Source: Candidatus Limnocylindria bacterium
GTDB taxonomy: Bacteria > Chloroflexota > Limnocylindria > Limnocylindrales > CSP1-4
Length of the DNA stretch: 44,559 bases
Assembly: GCA_041482475.1 (NCBI GenBank)
Contig: JBGPDX010000002.1
Coordinates: forward strand, 1-44,559
Direction of reading: 5' to 3'
This document shows positions 29,440-38,398 of this stretch, piece by piece. Positions within the stretch are counted from its first letter, which is position 1. The number at the start of each line of letters is the position of its first letter. The notes beneath the pieces are model-generated. The model saw only the letters and a list, made by a program, of their open reading frames with translations, was not told where the DNA came from and made no database searches. The translations under genes were made by a program, and so were the position numbers.

Positions 29440-31850
29440 GCCTCCGGCGTGGACCGCACGCGTGGGCGACGGGCGATCGTGCGCGTGCCCGTCCGGCCCC
29501 CGCCGCGGCTCCCGCTCGTGCCGCTGGTTCCATTGCGGCGTCCGCCGCGCGCGGGTCGCGCCAGGACGGCCGGGTTTGGGGGCCCGCCGGCCAGGCGCCG
29601 CCCCACGACGTCCCCCGCGGGCACCTCGATCGACGCGCCGCACTTCAGGCAGATCGCGACGTCAGCCTTCCGCCCGACCGGGCCCTCGTCCGCGTCGTGG
29701 ACGGCGCCGACCGGCTCGAAGTTGGTCGTGTAGTCGCAGCGTGGGTAGTTCGAGCAGCCGTAGAACACGTTGCCGGTCCGCCGGGCGCGCCTGGCCACGA
29801 GGCGGCCATCGCCGTTCTTGGGGCATTCCACCTCGAACGGCAGCGGCTCCGGGGGTGGCGGCCCATCCTTTCGGATGTAGTCGCACTCCGGATAGCGCGA
29901 GCAGCCGACGAACCCGCCGAACCGGCCTCGCCGGCCGACGAGCGTGCCCTGGCCGCACTTGGGACAGACCTCGCCCTCGCCCTCGAGCTTCGGCAGCTCC
30001 TCCCCGGGGAGTGGCCGGGTCTCCTTGTGCTTTGGATAGAGCGAGCAGGCGAGGAAGCGTCCGTTCCGCCCGAGGCGGATGACCATCGGGTGACCCTCGG
30101 AGCAAACCTCGTCGGTCGGTTCAGTTGGCCGTTGGGTCGTTTCCTGCTTCTCCTTCACGCGCTTCGCCAGCGGATCGTAGAAGGCGCGGAGGAACGGGAC
30201 CCATGGCCGCTCGCCGCGGGCGACCTCGTCGAGCTCCTCTTCCATCTTCGCCGTGAACGCCAGGTCGACGTACTCCCCGAAGTGCTCGACCAGCCAGTCG
30301 GTCACGATCTCGCCGATGAGCTCGGGATGGAGCCGTCGCTCATCGACCCGAACGTAACCGCGGTCGAGAATCGTCGAGATCGTCGCCGCATACGTCGACG
30401 GCCGGCCGATCCCGCGCTCCTCGAGGGCCTTGATGAGCGTCGCCTCCGTGTAGCGTGGCGGCGGCTCGGTGAAGTGCTGCGTCGCCGTGACGTCGTCGAC
30501 CGTGGTGCGGGCACCCTCGGCGAGCGCCGGCAGCTGCCGCTCCTGCTCGTTCTCGTCGCGGCCGTCGTCCCGACCTTCGGTGTAGACGCGCGAGAATCCG
30601 TCGAACAGCGTCCGGGTGGCGCTGGCGCGCAGCTCGTACGGCTCGGCGTCGAGCTCGATCGTCGTCGTCTCCATCTCCTTGGCCGCCATCTGCGACGCGA
30701 TCGCTCGCTGCCAGATGAGTCGGTAGAGGCGGAGCTGTTCCGGCTTGAGGTTGGCGGCGAGACTGTCCGGGTCGCGCCGGAAGCTCGTCGGACGGATCGA
30801 CTCGTGGGCCTCCTGGGCGCCCTTGGCCTTGGTCCGGTAGACCCGCCCCTTCGGCATCGTGTACGGCTCGCCCCAGCGCGCCCCGATGACCTCCCTCGCC
30901 TCGCCCATGGCGACGCCGGCGATGGCGGTCGAGTCGGTTCGCATGTAGGTGATGACACCGACGTGACCGTCCGGCGAGTCGACGCCCTCGTACAGGCGCT
31001 GGGCGATCGACATCGTTCGCTTGGGGCTGAAGCCGAGCTTGCGACTCGCCTCCTGCTGGAGCGTCGAGGTCGTGAACGGCGGCGCCGGACTGCGCTTGAG
31101 CGGCCGCCTGGCGACCGACCGGACGATGGGCGTCCGACGGCGGAGGGCGAGGGCATGCTGTTCGGCCGTCTCGCCGTCGCCGATCTCGATGGGCTGGCCG
31201 TCGATCCGCACGACATCCGCCGGGAATGTCGTGCCGTCCTCCGCCGCGAGGAGCGCTTCCAACGTCCAGTACTCGCGCGTCTGGAAGGCGTTGATCTCGC
31301 GCTCGCGCTCGACGACGAGTCGCGCCGCGACCGACTGGACCCGCCCGGCCGACAGCCCGCCGCGAACCTTGCGCGACAGGAGCGGGCTCAGCGTGTAGCC
31401 GACCAGGCGATCGACGATCCGTCGCGTCTGCTGGGCGTCGACGAGGTTGGCGTCGATGTCGCGGGGATGGGCAAACGCCTCGCGGATCGCCCGCTCCGTG
31501 ATCTCGTTGAAGGTGACCCGGCGGATCTTTTCGCGCGGCACGTGGGCGGCCTCCGCCACGTGCCAGGCGATCGCCTCGCCCTCGCGGTCGAGGTCGGTGG
31601 CGAGGTAGACCAGGTCGGCCCGCTTCGCCTCGCGAGCGATCGCGTCGACCTGCTTGCGACGGTCCTCGCTGATGAGGTATTCGGGCGCGAAATCGTGCTC
31701 GACGTCGACGCCGAACTTGCCCTTGCCCGGGTTCTCGGGAAGGTCGCGCACGTGTCCGTACGAGGCGAGGACCCGGTAGTCGTCTCCCAGGTACCGTTCG
31801 ATCGTCCGAGCCTTCGCCGGCGACTCGACGATCACGAGGTGCTTCGGCAT
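29436..31850 (-). CDS. topA: DNA topoisomerase I
   Basis: The 804-aa protein has the TOPRIM domain ([19 protein letters not shown]) and the active-site Tyr region VITYMRTDS. Several C4 zinc ribbons and an Arg/Gly-rich tail follow. Confidence 0.97.
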   Translation of the reverse strand: MPKHLVIVESPAKARTIERYLGDDYRVLASYGHVRDLPENPGKGKFGVDVEHDFAPEYLISEDRRKQVDAIAREAKRADLVYLATDLDREGEAIAWHVAEAAHVPREKIRRVTFNEITERAIREAFAHPRDIDANLVDAQQTRRIVDRLVGYTLSPLLSRKVRGGLSAGRVQSVAARLVVEREREINAFQTREYWTLEALLAAEDGTTFPADVVRIDGQPIEIGDGETAEQHALALRRRTPIVRSVARRPLKRSPAPPFTTSTLQQEASRKLGFSPKRTMSIAQRLYEGVDSPDGHVGVITYMRTDSTAIAGVAMGEAREVIGARWGEPYTMPKGRVYRTKAKGAQEAHESIRPTSFRRDPDSLAANLKPEQLRLYRLIWQRAIASQMAAKEMETTTIELDAEPYELRASATRTLFDGFSRVYTEGRDDGRDENEQERQLPALAEGARTTVDDVTATQHFTEPPPRYTEATLIKALEERGIGRPSTYAATISTILDRGYVRVDERRLHPELIGEIVTDWLVEHFGEYVDLAFTAKMEEELDEVARGERPWVPFLRAFYDPLAKRVKEKQETTQRPTEPTDEVCSEGHPMVIRLGRNGRFLACSLYPKHKETRPLPGEELPKLEGEGEVCPKCGQGTLVGRRGRFGGFVGCSRYPECDYIRKDGPPPPEPLPFEVECPKNGDGRLVARRARRTGNVFYGCSNYPRCDYTTNFEPVGAVHDADEGPVGRKADVAICLKCGASIEVPAGDVVGRRLAGGPPNPAVLARPARGGRRNGTSGTSGSRGGGRTGTRTIARRPRVRSTPEA

Positions 31851-31859
31851 TCGGCCGGG

Positions 31860-31865
31860 AGTGTA
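31860..31865 (-). promoter_or_regulatory. -10-like hexamer TACACT, 9 nt upstream of the topA ATG
   Basis: The minus strand reads ggtgc TACACT cccggccga ATG, with no SD. Confidence 0.35.
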
Positions 31866-31977
31866 GCACCGGCCCCTTTTCGCTCAGTTACCCGCGACTT
31901 GCCACCCTCCCCGGGCTATGTCCGCGCGCCCACCGAGGTCGGAGGCGGGGCCCGCGACGCCATCCGCCCGAGGCCTT

Positions 31978-32334
31978 CTAGATCTCCCTGACCCGACGCA
32001 GGAAGTCCTCGTCGATCTCGAGGTCGCCCTCCGCTTCCGGCGGGGGCTCGGGCGTCGGCGGCTCGGCCTCCGGGCCCTGGGCGACCGACGGTTGGTCCGC
32101 CGCAGCCGACGGTTGCTTGCCGGCCTTGACGATCTTCGGCGTCTCGATGAAGCGGACCTGCGCGTACGGGAAGACGAACGTCGATTCGATCCGGTCGACG
32201 AAGACTGGCCGGCTGCCGTTCATCATCCTGAGGTTCGAGCAGACGAGGACGACGTCGGACGCCTTGGGCAGGGCCTCGATGTCGGCGAGGAGTGGCTGCT
32301 CGTTGACGAGATGGATGACGACGTTCTTGATCAA
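31978..32334 (-). CDS. Hypothetical protein (118 aa): globular N-domain, Pro/Glu/Ala-rich linker, short conserved-looking C-terminal peptide
   Basis: The TTG start lies 18 nt after the upstream stop. The N-terminal roughly 70 aa look beta-rich (VVIHLVNEQPLLADIEAL..VVLVCSNLR..FVFPYAQVRFIE). The linker is KQPSAAADQPSVAQGPEAEPPTPEPPPEAEG and the tail is DLEIDEDFLRRVREI. I recognise no family. Confidence 0.55.
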   Translation of the reverse strand: MIKNVVIHLVNEQPLLADIEALPKASDVVLVCSNLRMMNGSRPVFVDRIESTFVFPYAQVRFIETPKIVKAGKQPSAAADQPSVAQGPEAEPPTPEPPPEAEGDLEIDEDFLRRVREI

Positions 32335-32352
32335 CGCTCCCCCACCGCCGCG

Positions 32353-33969
32353 TCAGAGCGGATGGTAGAAGTCGATGACGACGCGGACGCGTCCTGCGTA
32401 CACCCAGACGCCGAGGCCGACCCGGTCGTACTTGGCATTCATGAGGTTCACGTAGTGGCCGCCGTTGTACGGCCGCTCGCTCTGGAAGAACAGCTGGACC
32501 AGCAGGGCGCCGCGCATTGGATTGCCCGATGGGCAGCCCAGGTTCTCAGCCCAGACCCAACTCGCATAGCCTGCCCGGCGAAGGCGGTCGCCCGGCGTCC
32601 CGCCGATGAAGTGGGTGCAGGCGCCCCTCGTCGCGAGCAGCTTCGCGTACGGCCGGCTGACCTTGGTCGAGATGCTCTGGTCGATCCACAGCGGGGCGAC
32701 ACTGCGGCCGCCGGGGCTGCTGCAGGCGCCGCTGGACGTCACCCAACCGCCCGTGCGGGTGCAGTTCATGAGCGTCAGGTAGTAGGCCTCGACGGCGGCC
32801 CACGTCCCGGCGCCGACCGTGCCGCCGACCGGGATGGGGATCGCGGCCCTCGGACCGGACGAGCTTCCCGTGCCGCCCTGGGTCGTGAAGGTCCCGCTGA
32901 CCGCCGTTCCGAGCGGCGCGCCGGCCGCGGAGCGGGCCGTTGCGGCAACGGTCATGACCACGGTCTGGCCGGCCCGGAACGGCGCCGCCGGATGGAACAC
33001 GAGGACGGTGTCGCGATCGGCGAACTGGATCGTCCCGGCGACCGCGGCGCCGTTGGCCGTGACCCGCGCCGCCGCTCTCGTCGAGGCGCGGTCCATCGGC
33101 TCGCTGAAGCGGACGGAGACGTCGACCGCCCGGTCGGCCCCGGCGGTCCCGTCCTTCGGCCGGAAGCGGATCACCGTTGGAGCGTCGGCCGTCCGGAAGG
33201 CCAGGCTGGCCGGCGCGATCGAGGCCCCCTCCGCATCCCGGACACTGGCCGCCAGCCACAGCCGGTAGGTGGCGTTCGGGGCGAGCGGCGTCGCCGGCGT
33301 GAAGAGATACCGCACCAGCCCGCGCCGGCCGATGCGGGAGATCGATCCGCGGACGAACGGGTCGAACCACAGCGCGTCGGCGACACTCGCCGCGTCGACG
33401 GGCCGGTCGAAGGTGATGGCGAAGGCCGTGTCCGGCGCCACCCTCGCGCCGAGCGGCCTGGTCACGGTGATCGCCGCCGACGTGGCGGCCCGGGTGAGGA
33501 AGGCGGCCCGAACGGGACTCGACATCGGCGCCCCATTTGCCGCCAGCACTCCGGCGTCGACGGTGATCGTGTGGACCGTTCGGGGCTGCCAGGTGGCCGT
33601 GGGCCTCACAGTCAGGATGCTGCCGGAGGCGTCCCACGACAGGTTCACCGACGTGGCCGGCACGACCCGCAGCGACCCGCCGACGCTGACCCGGTTCATC
33701 GGCGTCGTGAAGGCGATGGCGATCGCGGCATCGAGCGGCTGCCCGACGCGGAGGTCCGTTCGGACCGCCGCGCTGGTCACGGGAAGGACGACGCTCGGTG
33801 GGGTGGCGTTGGTCCCGGACGGCGCCGACGGGACCAGCACGCCGAGCGTGGCGATGGTCAGGGCGCTGATCGCGATCCGGATCCGGGAGCCGATCCCGCG
33901 GTCCCGACGGCGTGGGACCGGGCGCCTCGAAACGATCAAAACGGCCGGCGCGGCGGCGAGCTTCGGCAA
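32353..33969 (-). CDS. Secreted or anchored protein with three SbsA/Big_5-type Ig-like repeats and a C-terminal CAP/SCP (YkwD-like) domain
   Basis: This is ORF 32353..34083. I placed the start at the TTG at 33969 because GC3 rises from about 57 to about 90 percent there; the TTG at 33939 is an alternative. The protein has an Arg-rich N-region plus a hydrophobic helix (IRIAISALTIATLGVLV). It has three repeats of the FxxPMD...V...G..V.G pattern. The Cys-containing CAP-like end reads GGHYVNLMNAKYDRVGLGVW. Confidence 0.75.
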   Translation of the reverse strand: MPKLAAAPAVLIVSRRPVPRRRDRGIGSRIRIAISALTIATLGVLVPSAPSGTNATPPSVVLPVTSAAVRTDLRVGQPLDAAIAIAFTTPMNRVSVGGSLRVVPATSVNLSWDASGSILTVRPTATWQPRTVHTITVDAGVLAANGAPMSSPVRAAFLTRAATSAAITVTRPLGARVAPDTAFAITFDRPVDAASVADALWFDPFVRGSISRIGRRGLVRYLFTPATPLAPNATYRLWLAASVRDAEGASIAPASLAFRTADAPTVIRFRPKDGTAGADRAVDVSVRFSEPMDRASTRAAARVTANGAAVAGTIQFADRDTVLVFHPAAPFRAGQTVVMTVAATARSAAGAPLGTAVSGTFTTQGGTGSSSGPRAAIPIPVGGTVGAGTWAAVEAYYLTLMNCTRTGGWVTSSGACSSPGGRSVAPLWIDQSISTKVSRPYAKLLATRGACTHFIGGTPGDRLRRAGYASWVWAENLGCPSGNPMRGALLVQLFFQSERPYNGGHYVNLMNAKYDRVGLGVWVYAGRVRVVIDFYHPL

Positions 33970-34098
33970 TAGACAGTCTTCCTGGGCTTTCGCTGGGGGA
34001 CGACGCCTTCGTCGGCTGTCTGCCGCCTGAACGGAGCGGAGAGGCGGCGGTCGAAGGGTAGCACGCGACCCACCCTCCAGCAATCTGCGACGACCTCC

Positions 34099-35448
34099 TC
34101 AGAGCGCCCCGGAACGGTCGTGACCACCCCTCGCCGCTGCCGCCGATACCGGCGCTGGTGCGGTCCGGCGCGGTCGCCGGCGGTGAGGCGCGGTCGCCAG
34201 CCCGCCGACCGGGCGGTAGCGGCCATAGGCCCCGGCCACGAGCTCTCGCGACTCGAGGAGGGTCAACGCGGCGAGCACGCCGGCGATCGGCAGGCCCGTC
34301 GCCGCGACGAGCTCGTCCGCCGTCGTCCGTCCGCGCAGGAGCGCCGCCGCGATCCGTCGTGGGCCCTCGTCGAGGCCGACGAGGACGGCAGCCACCGACG
34401 GCGCGGCGCGGACCGGGAGTCCGATGCGGGACTCGTCGACCAGCTCGAGGTCCTCGATCAGCTGCGGGATCCCGGCCACGATCCGGGTCTGGCCGGCGAA
34501 CTCGCGGAGGAACGACAGGCAGCCGGCCGACAGCGGGCTGTCGATGGAACCCGGCACCAGGAAGCAGTCGCGGCCCTGCTCGAGGGCCCAGGTGGCGGTG
34601 ATCAGCGCCCCGCTGCTCGCCCCGGCCTCGACGACGACCGTGGCATCTGCCAGCCCGCTGATGATCCGGTTGCGGCGCGGGAAGAGGCCCGGCAGAGGCT
34701 CGGTGCGGGGCGGGAACTCGGACACGACGACGCCACCGCCGGCGACGATCGCGACGGCGAGCCGCCGGTGGGCGCCTGGAAACAGATGGTCGTGGCCGCC
34801 GCCGAGCACGGCCACGGTCGTGCCCCGCTGCTCCACGACGGCGGCGTGCGCCGCTCCGTCGATTCCGACGGCGAGTCCCGAGACGACCACCGCCCCGGCC
34901 CGCGCCAGGGCCGCCCCAAGGCGGCTGGCCGTCAGCCGCCCGGCCTCCGTCGGGCGTCTCGTCCCGACGACCGCCACTGCGTGCCGACCGGCGAGGGCGG
35001 CCGGATCGCCCCGGACGTAGAGCACATGCGGTGGCAGGTCGATCGTCCGCAACCGCATCGGGTAGTCCGGGTCCTCGACCGTCACGATGTCGACCCCGCC
35101 CGCGTTCAGCTCGGCGAGCACGATGTCCGCCCGGGCCGCCACGTCGACGACGGATTTGGCCACGGCTTCCGGCATGGCATGGCGCGTCCCGTCTGGATCG
35201 ACGTTCGCGCGCACGAGGGCGTCCGTCGCCAGCCGCCCGGCGGCGATCTCGAGGATCGCCCGCGCGCTGCCCAGTCGGGCGATGAGCCTGGCGAGGGTCG
35301 CCGGACCAAGGCCGTCCACGGTCGACAGGACGATGAGGGCCTCACGCTCGAGCAGCCGGCCTGTCGCCGCGGACACCTCGTCATCCGCTGCACGCGGCCC
35401 GTGCGACGGTGCGTCGCCGAGCGGCCCATGCCTGCCCACCCCCAACAC
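34099..35448 (-). CDS. dprA: DNA processing protein DprA (Smf)
   Basis: The Rossmann-like core is present (VVGTRRPT.., VVSGLAVGIDGAAH, FPRRNRIISGLA), with a C-terminal winged-helix-like tail. The GTG start lies 2 nt after the comM stop. Confidence 0.9.
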   Translation of the reverse strand: MLGVGRHGPLGDAPSHGPRAADDEVSAATGRLLEREALIVLSTVDGLGPATLARLIARLGSARAILEIAAGRLATDALVRANVDPDGTRHAMPEAVAKSVVDVAARADIVLAELNAGGVDIVTVEDPDYPMRLRTIDLPPHVLYVRGDPAALAGRHAVAVVGTRRPTEAGRLTASRLGAALARAGAVVVSGLAVGIDGAAHAAVVEQRGTTVAVLGGGHDHLFPGAHRRLAVAIVAGGGVVVSEFPPRTEPLPGLFPRRNRIISGLADATVVVEAGASSGALITATWALEQGRDCFLVPGSIDSPLSAGCLSFLREFAGQTRIVAGIPQLIEDLELVDESRIGLPVRAAPSVAAVLVGLDEGPRRIAAALLRGRTTADELVAATGLPIAGVLAALTLLESRELVAGAYGRYRPVGGLATAPHRRRPRRTAPAPVSAAAARGGHDRSGAL

Positions 35449-35450
35449 CG

Positions 35451-37016
35451 CTAGCCGGCCAGGCGCTGGGAGAGGCGGCTGGCCGGTGAGCGGAAGCGCG
35501 CTGCCTCGTCGAGGTGCTCCGGCCAGACACGGGCGCTCTCGCCGAGGTCGGCGATCGTGCGCGCGACCCGGAGCAGGCGCTCCGTGCCACGTCCCGAGAG
35601 CCGCTCCAGCTCCGACAGCTCGATCGCCCGCCGCTCGCCAAGCTCATCGAGGGCGCAGGCCGCTCGGAGCGCCCTCCCCGAGACCCGGCCGTTCAACCTG
35701 CCCGGCGACCTCTCGAGCTGCCGCCTCCGAGCGGCCGCGATCCGCGCGGCGACCGTCGCCGAGTCCTCCGGCGCATTGGCGGTGACGAGGGCGGCCGCCG
35801 GGATCCGCGGCATCACCACCCACAGGTCGATCCGGTCGCGGAGCGGTCCGGAGATCCGGCTGGCGTAGCGCTCCGGGACGTGCGGCGGGCAGGTGCAGCC
35901 GTTGCCGTCGGTGCCCGACTGGCCGCACGGACAGGGGTTCATCGCGGCGACCAGCTGGAAGCGGGCCGGAAACGTCGTCGCCCGTCCCACCCGGGCGATC
36001 GCCACGCGACCCTCCTCGAGCGGCTCGCGAAGTGCCTCGAGGACGTCGCGCCCGAACTCCGGCAGCTCGTCGAGGAAGAGGACACCGTGGTCCGCCAGGG
36101 TCACCTCGCCGGGCGACATCCGCGGTCCGCCGCCGACCATCGCGGCGTACGAGATCGTGTGGTGCGGGGTGCGGAAGGGCGGCCGGCGGACGAGGGTCCG
36201 TACCGGCCCTTCGCCCGAGGCGGAGGCGACGACCGTCGCGGCGAGAGCAGCATCGTCGTCGAGGGGTGGGAGGAGCGCCGGGATGGTTCGGGCGAGGAGC
36301 GTCTTCCCCGTTCCGGGCGGGCCCACGAGCAGGAGCCCGTGCCCGCCGGCGAGGGCGATCTCGAGGCCCCGTCGCGCCTCGAGCTGCCCGCGAACCTCGC
36401 TGAGATCCGGAACCGCGCGATCCGGGGTCGCGACCGGCAGGGCGGCAGCGGCCGCTTCCGCCCCGGCGGCATCGACGCGTGCCGGGGCGATCGCCGCCCG
36501 TCTCGAGCGCGTCGAGCGGACGAGGTCGACGGCGTCCGCCAGGCTGGCCACCGGCACGACCTCGATTCCGGCCACGAGACGGGCCTCGTCGATCGCCTCC
36601 GCCGGGACCACCGCCCGGCGGAGGCCGCGACGGGCGAGCGCGGCGACCATGGGCAGGATGCCCGGGACCGGGCGCACTTCACCGCCCAGTGACAGCTCCC
36701 CGATGAGCGCCAGGCGGCCACGGCCCGGCCGCACCTGGTCCGAGCCGAGGAGGATCCCGATCGCGATCGCGAGGTCGAGCGAGGCGCCGGCCTTGCGCAG
36801 GTCGGCGGGTGCCAGGTTGACCGTGATGCGGCGCGGCGGATGGACGAAGCCGGCGTTTCGCAGCGCCCCGCGGACGCGCTCGCGAGCCTCCTGGAGGGCC
36901 ACGTCCGCCAGACCGACGATGGTGAATCCGGGCAGCCCCGGGGCCACGTCGACCTCGACCCTGATGACGCGGCCGTCGAGCCCGTGGAGGGTTGCGGAAA
37001 GGACGGTCGCCAGCAC
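35451..37016 (-). CDS. comM: Mg-chelatase-like AAA+ ATPase ComM/YifB
   Basis: The 521-aa protein has a Lon-protease-like N-domain, Walker A (GPPGTGKT) and Walker B (LFLDELPEF). A Cys cluster (CPCGQSGTDGNGCTCP) is also present. Confidence 0.93.
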   Translation of the reverse strand: MLATVLSATLHGLDGRVIRVEVDVAPGLPGFTIVGLADVALQEARERVRGALRNAGFVHPPRRITVNLAPADLRKAGASLDLAIAIGILLGSDQVRPGRGRLALIGELSLGGEVRPVPGILPMVAALARRGLRRAVVPAEAIDEARLVAGIEVVPVASLADAVDLVRSTRSRRAAIAPARVDAAGAEAAAAALPVATPDRAVPDLSEVRGQLEARRGLEIALAGGHGLLLVGPPGTGKTLLARTIPALLPPLDDDAALAATVVASASGEGPVRTLVRRPPFRTPHHTISYAAMVGGGPRMSPGEVTLADHGVLFLDELPEFGRDVLEALREPLEEGRVAIARVGRATTFPARFQLVAAMNPCPCGQSGTDGNGCTCPPHVPERYASRISGPLRDRIDLWVVMPRIPAAALVTANAPEDSATVAARIAAARRRQLERSPGRLNGRVSGRALRAACALDELGERRAIELSELERLSGRGTERLLRVARTIADLGESARVWPEHLDEAARFRSPASRLSQRLAG

Positions 37017-37023
37017 GGAGGCG

Positions 37024-37029
37024 ACGCTA
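37024..37029 (-). promoter_or_regulatory. -10-like hexamer TAGCGT, 7 nt upstream of the comM GTG
   Basis: The minus strand reads cgg TAGCGT cgcctcc GTG, with no SD. Confidence 0.3.
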
Positions 37030-37101
37030 CCGGGCGGGCCTCACCCGACGGTCATCGGTCGATTGCCTGGCGCTCATCGGCGCCATGGCGGGCGCAGGAA
37101 G

Positions 37102-38271
37102 CTAGCGCGCCCCCACCGGTTGCGCGGCGCCGGCCGGCGTGCCCTTGTCGACGATCTTGGCGAAGTCGAGCAGCGAGCGGCCCAGCAGCGAATCGGCCTT
37201 CGTGAACATGAACGGGGCGCCCGAGTTGAGGGCGCTGATCGCGCCGCGGTACTCGTTGACGATCTGATGATCGATCGTCCGCTTCAGGGCGCCCTCGGCG
37301 TTCTTGACGCTGATGCCCGTGAATGCATTCGAGCGGTTGAGCACCAGCTGGACCTTCGACTTCTCGTAGCCCAGGTGACCGATGGTCTCGAGGACGAGCC
37401 GAACGTTCTTGAGGCACGACAGGTCCGCCGTCATGACCACGAACAGCGTCTCGGATTGCTCGATGATCCCCAGGTTGACGTCGTCGAGGCGCTTGTCGAT
37501 GTCGACGAGGACGTAGTCGTACAGCGAGCGCAGGATGTCGAGGATCTGTGGCATGTGTTCGGGCGTGACGAGCTCGGCCGTCTCGGGTGACGGCGGGGCG
37601 AGCAGCAGGTCGACGCCCGAGTCGTGCTTGACCACGACCTGCTTGACGAGGTCCTGGTCGATCGATGGCGCACTGACGATGTCGACGATGCTGCGGCGAT
37701 CGAGGCCCAGGTCGAGGAACACGCGGTGGTCGCCGAACTGGAGGTTGCCGTCGACCAGGCAGACCTTCCTGCCGAGCTCGCGATGGAGGGCGATCGCCGC
37801 GTTGATGGCGATCGTCGTCGTGCCGACGCCGCCCTTGGCGCCGTAGAAGGCGAAGACCCGCCCCAGCGGCGGCCGCCCGACCAGCGAGTCGCGCGGCGCG
37901 AAGCGGGCGAGCAGGCTCTTGATCCGCGCCAGCAGCTCGGCCGGGTGGAACGGCTTGATGAGATAGTCGTCGGCGCCGGCCCGCAGGCCCCTCACCTTCT
38001 GCTCGACCTCGCGTTCGGCCGTCAGCATGATGATCGGGCAGTGGCCGGTCTCGCCCTCTTCCTGGCGGATCTTCGTGGCGACCTGGTAGCCGTCGAGCTT
38101 CGGCAGCATGACGTCGAGGAGAATCAGCGACGGGTTCTCCGCGCCCCACAGCCGGAATCCCTCGGCTCCGTCAGATGCGGTGACAACCTCGTAGCCCTCC
38201 TGCTTCAGGGTGTACTGAAGCAGGCGCTGGACGTTCGGGTCGTCGTCGACGACCAGGATCTTGGCCGCCAT
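37102..38271 (-). CDS. Response-regulator receiver fused to a CpaE/TadZ-like (MinD/ParA superfamily) ATPase domain
   Basis: The REC domain has all key residues (VVDDD, LILLDVMLP, IIMLTA, LIKPF). The deviant Walker A reads AKGGVGTTT, lacking the second P-loop lysine as in TadZ/CpaE. Walker B is YVLVDID. TATACT at 38331..38336 is a possible -10 element about 60 nt upstream. Confidence 0.88.
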   Translation of the reverse strand: MAAKILVVDDDPNVQRLLQYTLKQEGYEVVTASDGAEGFRLWGAENPSLILLDVMLPKLDGYQVATKIRQEEGETGHCPIIMLTAEREVEQKVRGLRAGADDYLIKPFHPAELLARIKSLLARFAPRDSLVGRPPLGRVFAFYGAKGGVGTTTIAINAAIALHRELGRKVCLVDGNLQFGDHRVFLDLGLDRRSIVDIVSAPSIDQDLVKQVVVKHDSGVDLLLAPPSPETAELVTPEHMPQILDILRSLYDYVLVDIDKRLDDVNLGIIEQSETLFVVMTADLSCLKNVRLVLETIGHLGYEKSKVQLVLNRSNAFTGISVKNAEGALKRTIDHQIVNEYRGAISALNSGAPFMFTKADSLLGRSLLDFAKIVDKGTPAGAAQPVGAR

Positions 38272-38398
38272 CGGTCGTTCACTACCCTCCGTGTCGGGCC
38301 GGGGTCGCGCGGAGCGTGGGGGTCGCGGCGAGTATAGCGGCAGCGTTCGCCGATCCGACGAGCGTCGGAAGCGGCCTTCGGGACCCGATCGTCGACCC

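Noticed and set aside
33970-34083. The longer form of the CAP-domain gene, starting at TTG 34083 with GGAGG 10 nt upstream.
   Set aside because: The first roughly 40 codons have only about 57 percent GC3, against about 90 percent from codon 39 on. I therefore placed the start at 33969. The SD-like sequence overlaps the dprA stop region. The longer form is still possible.
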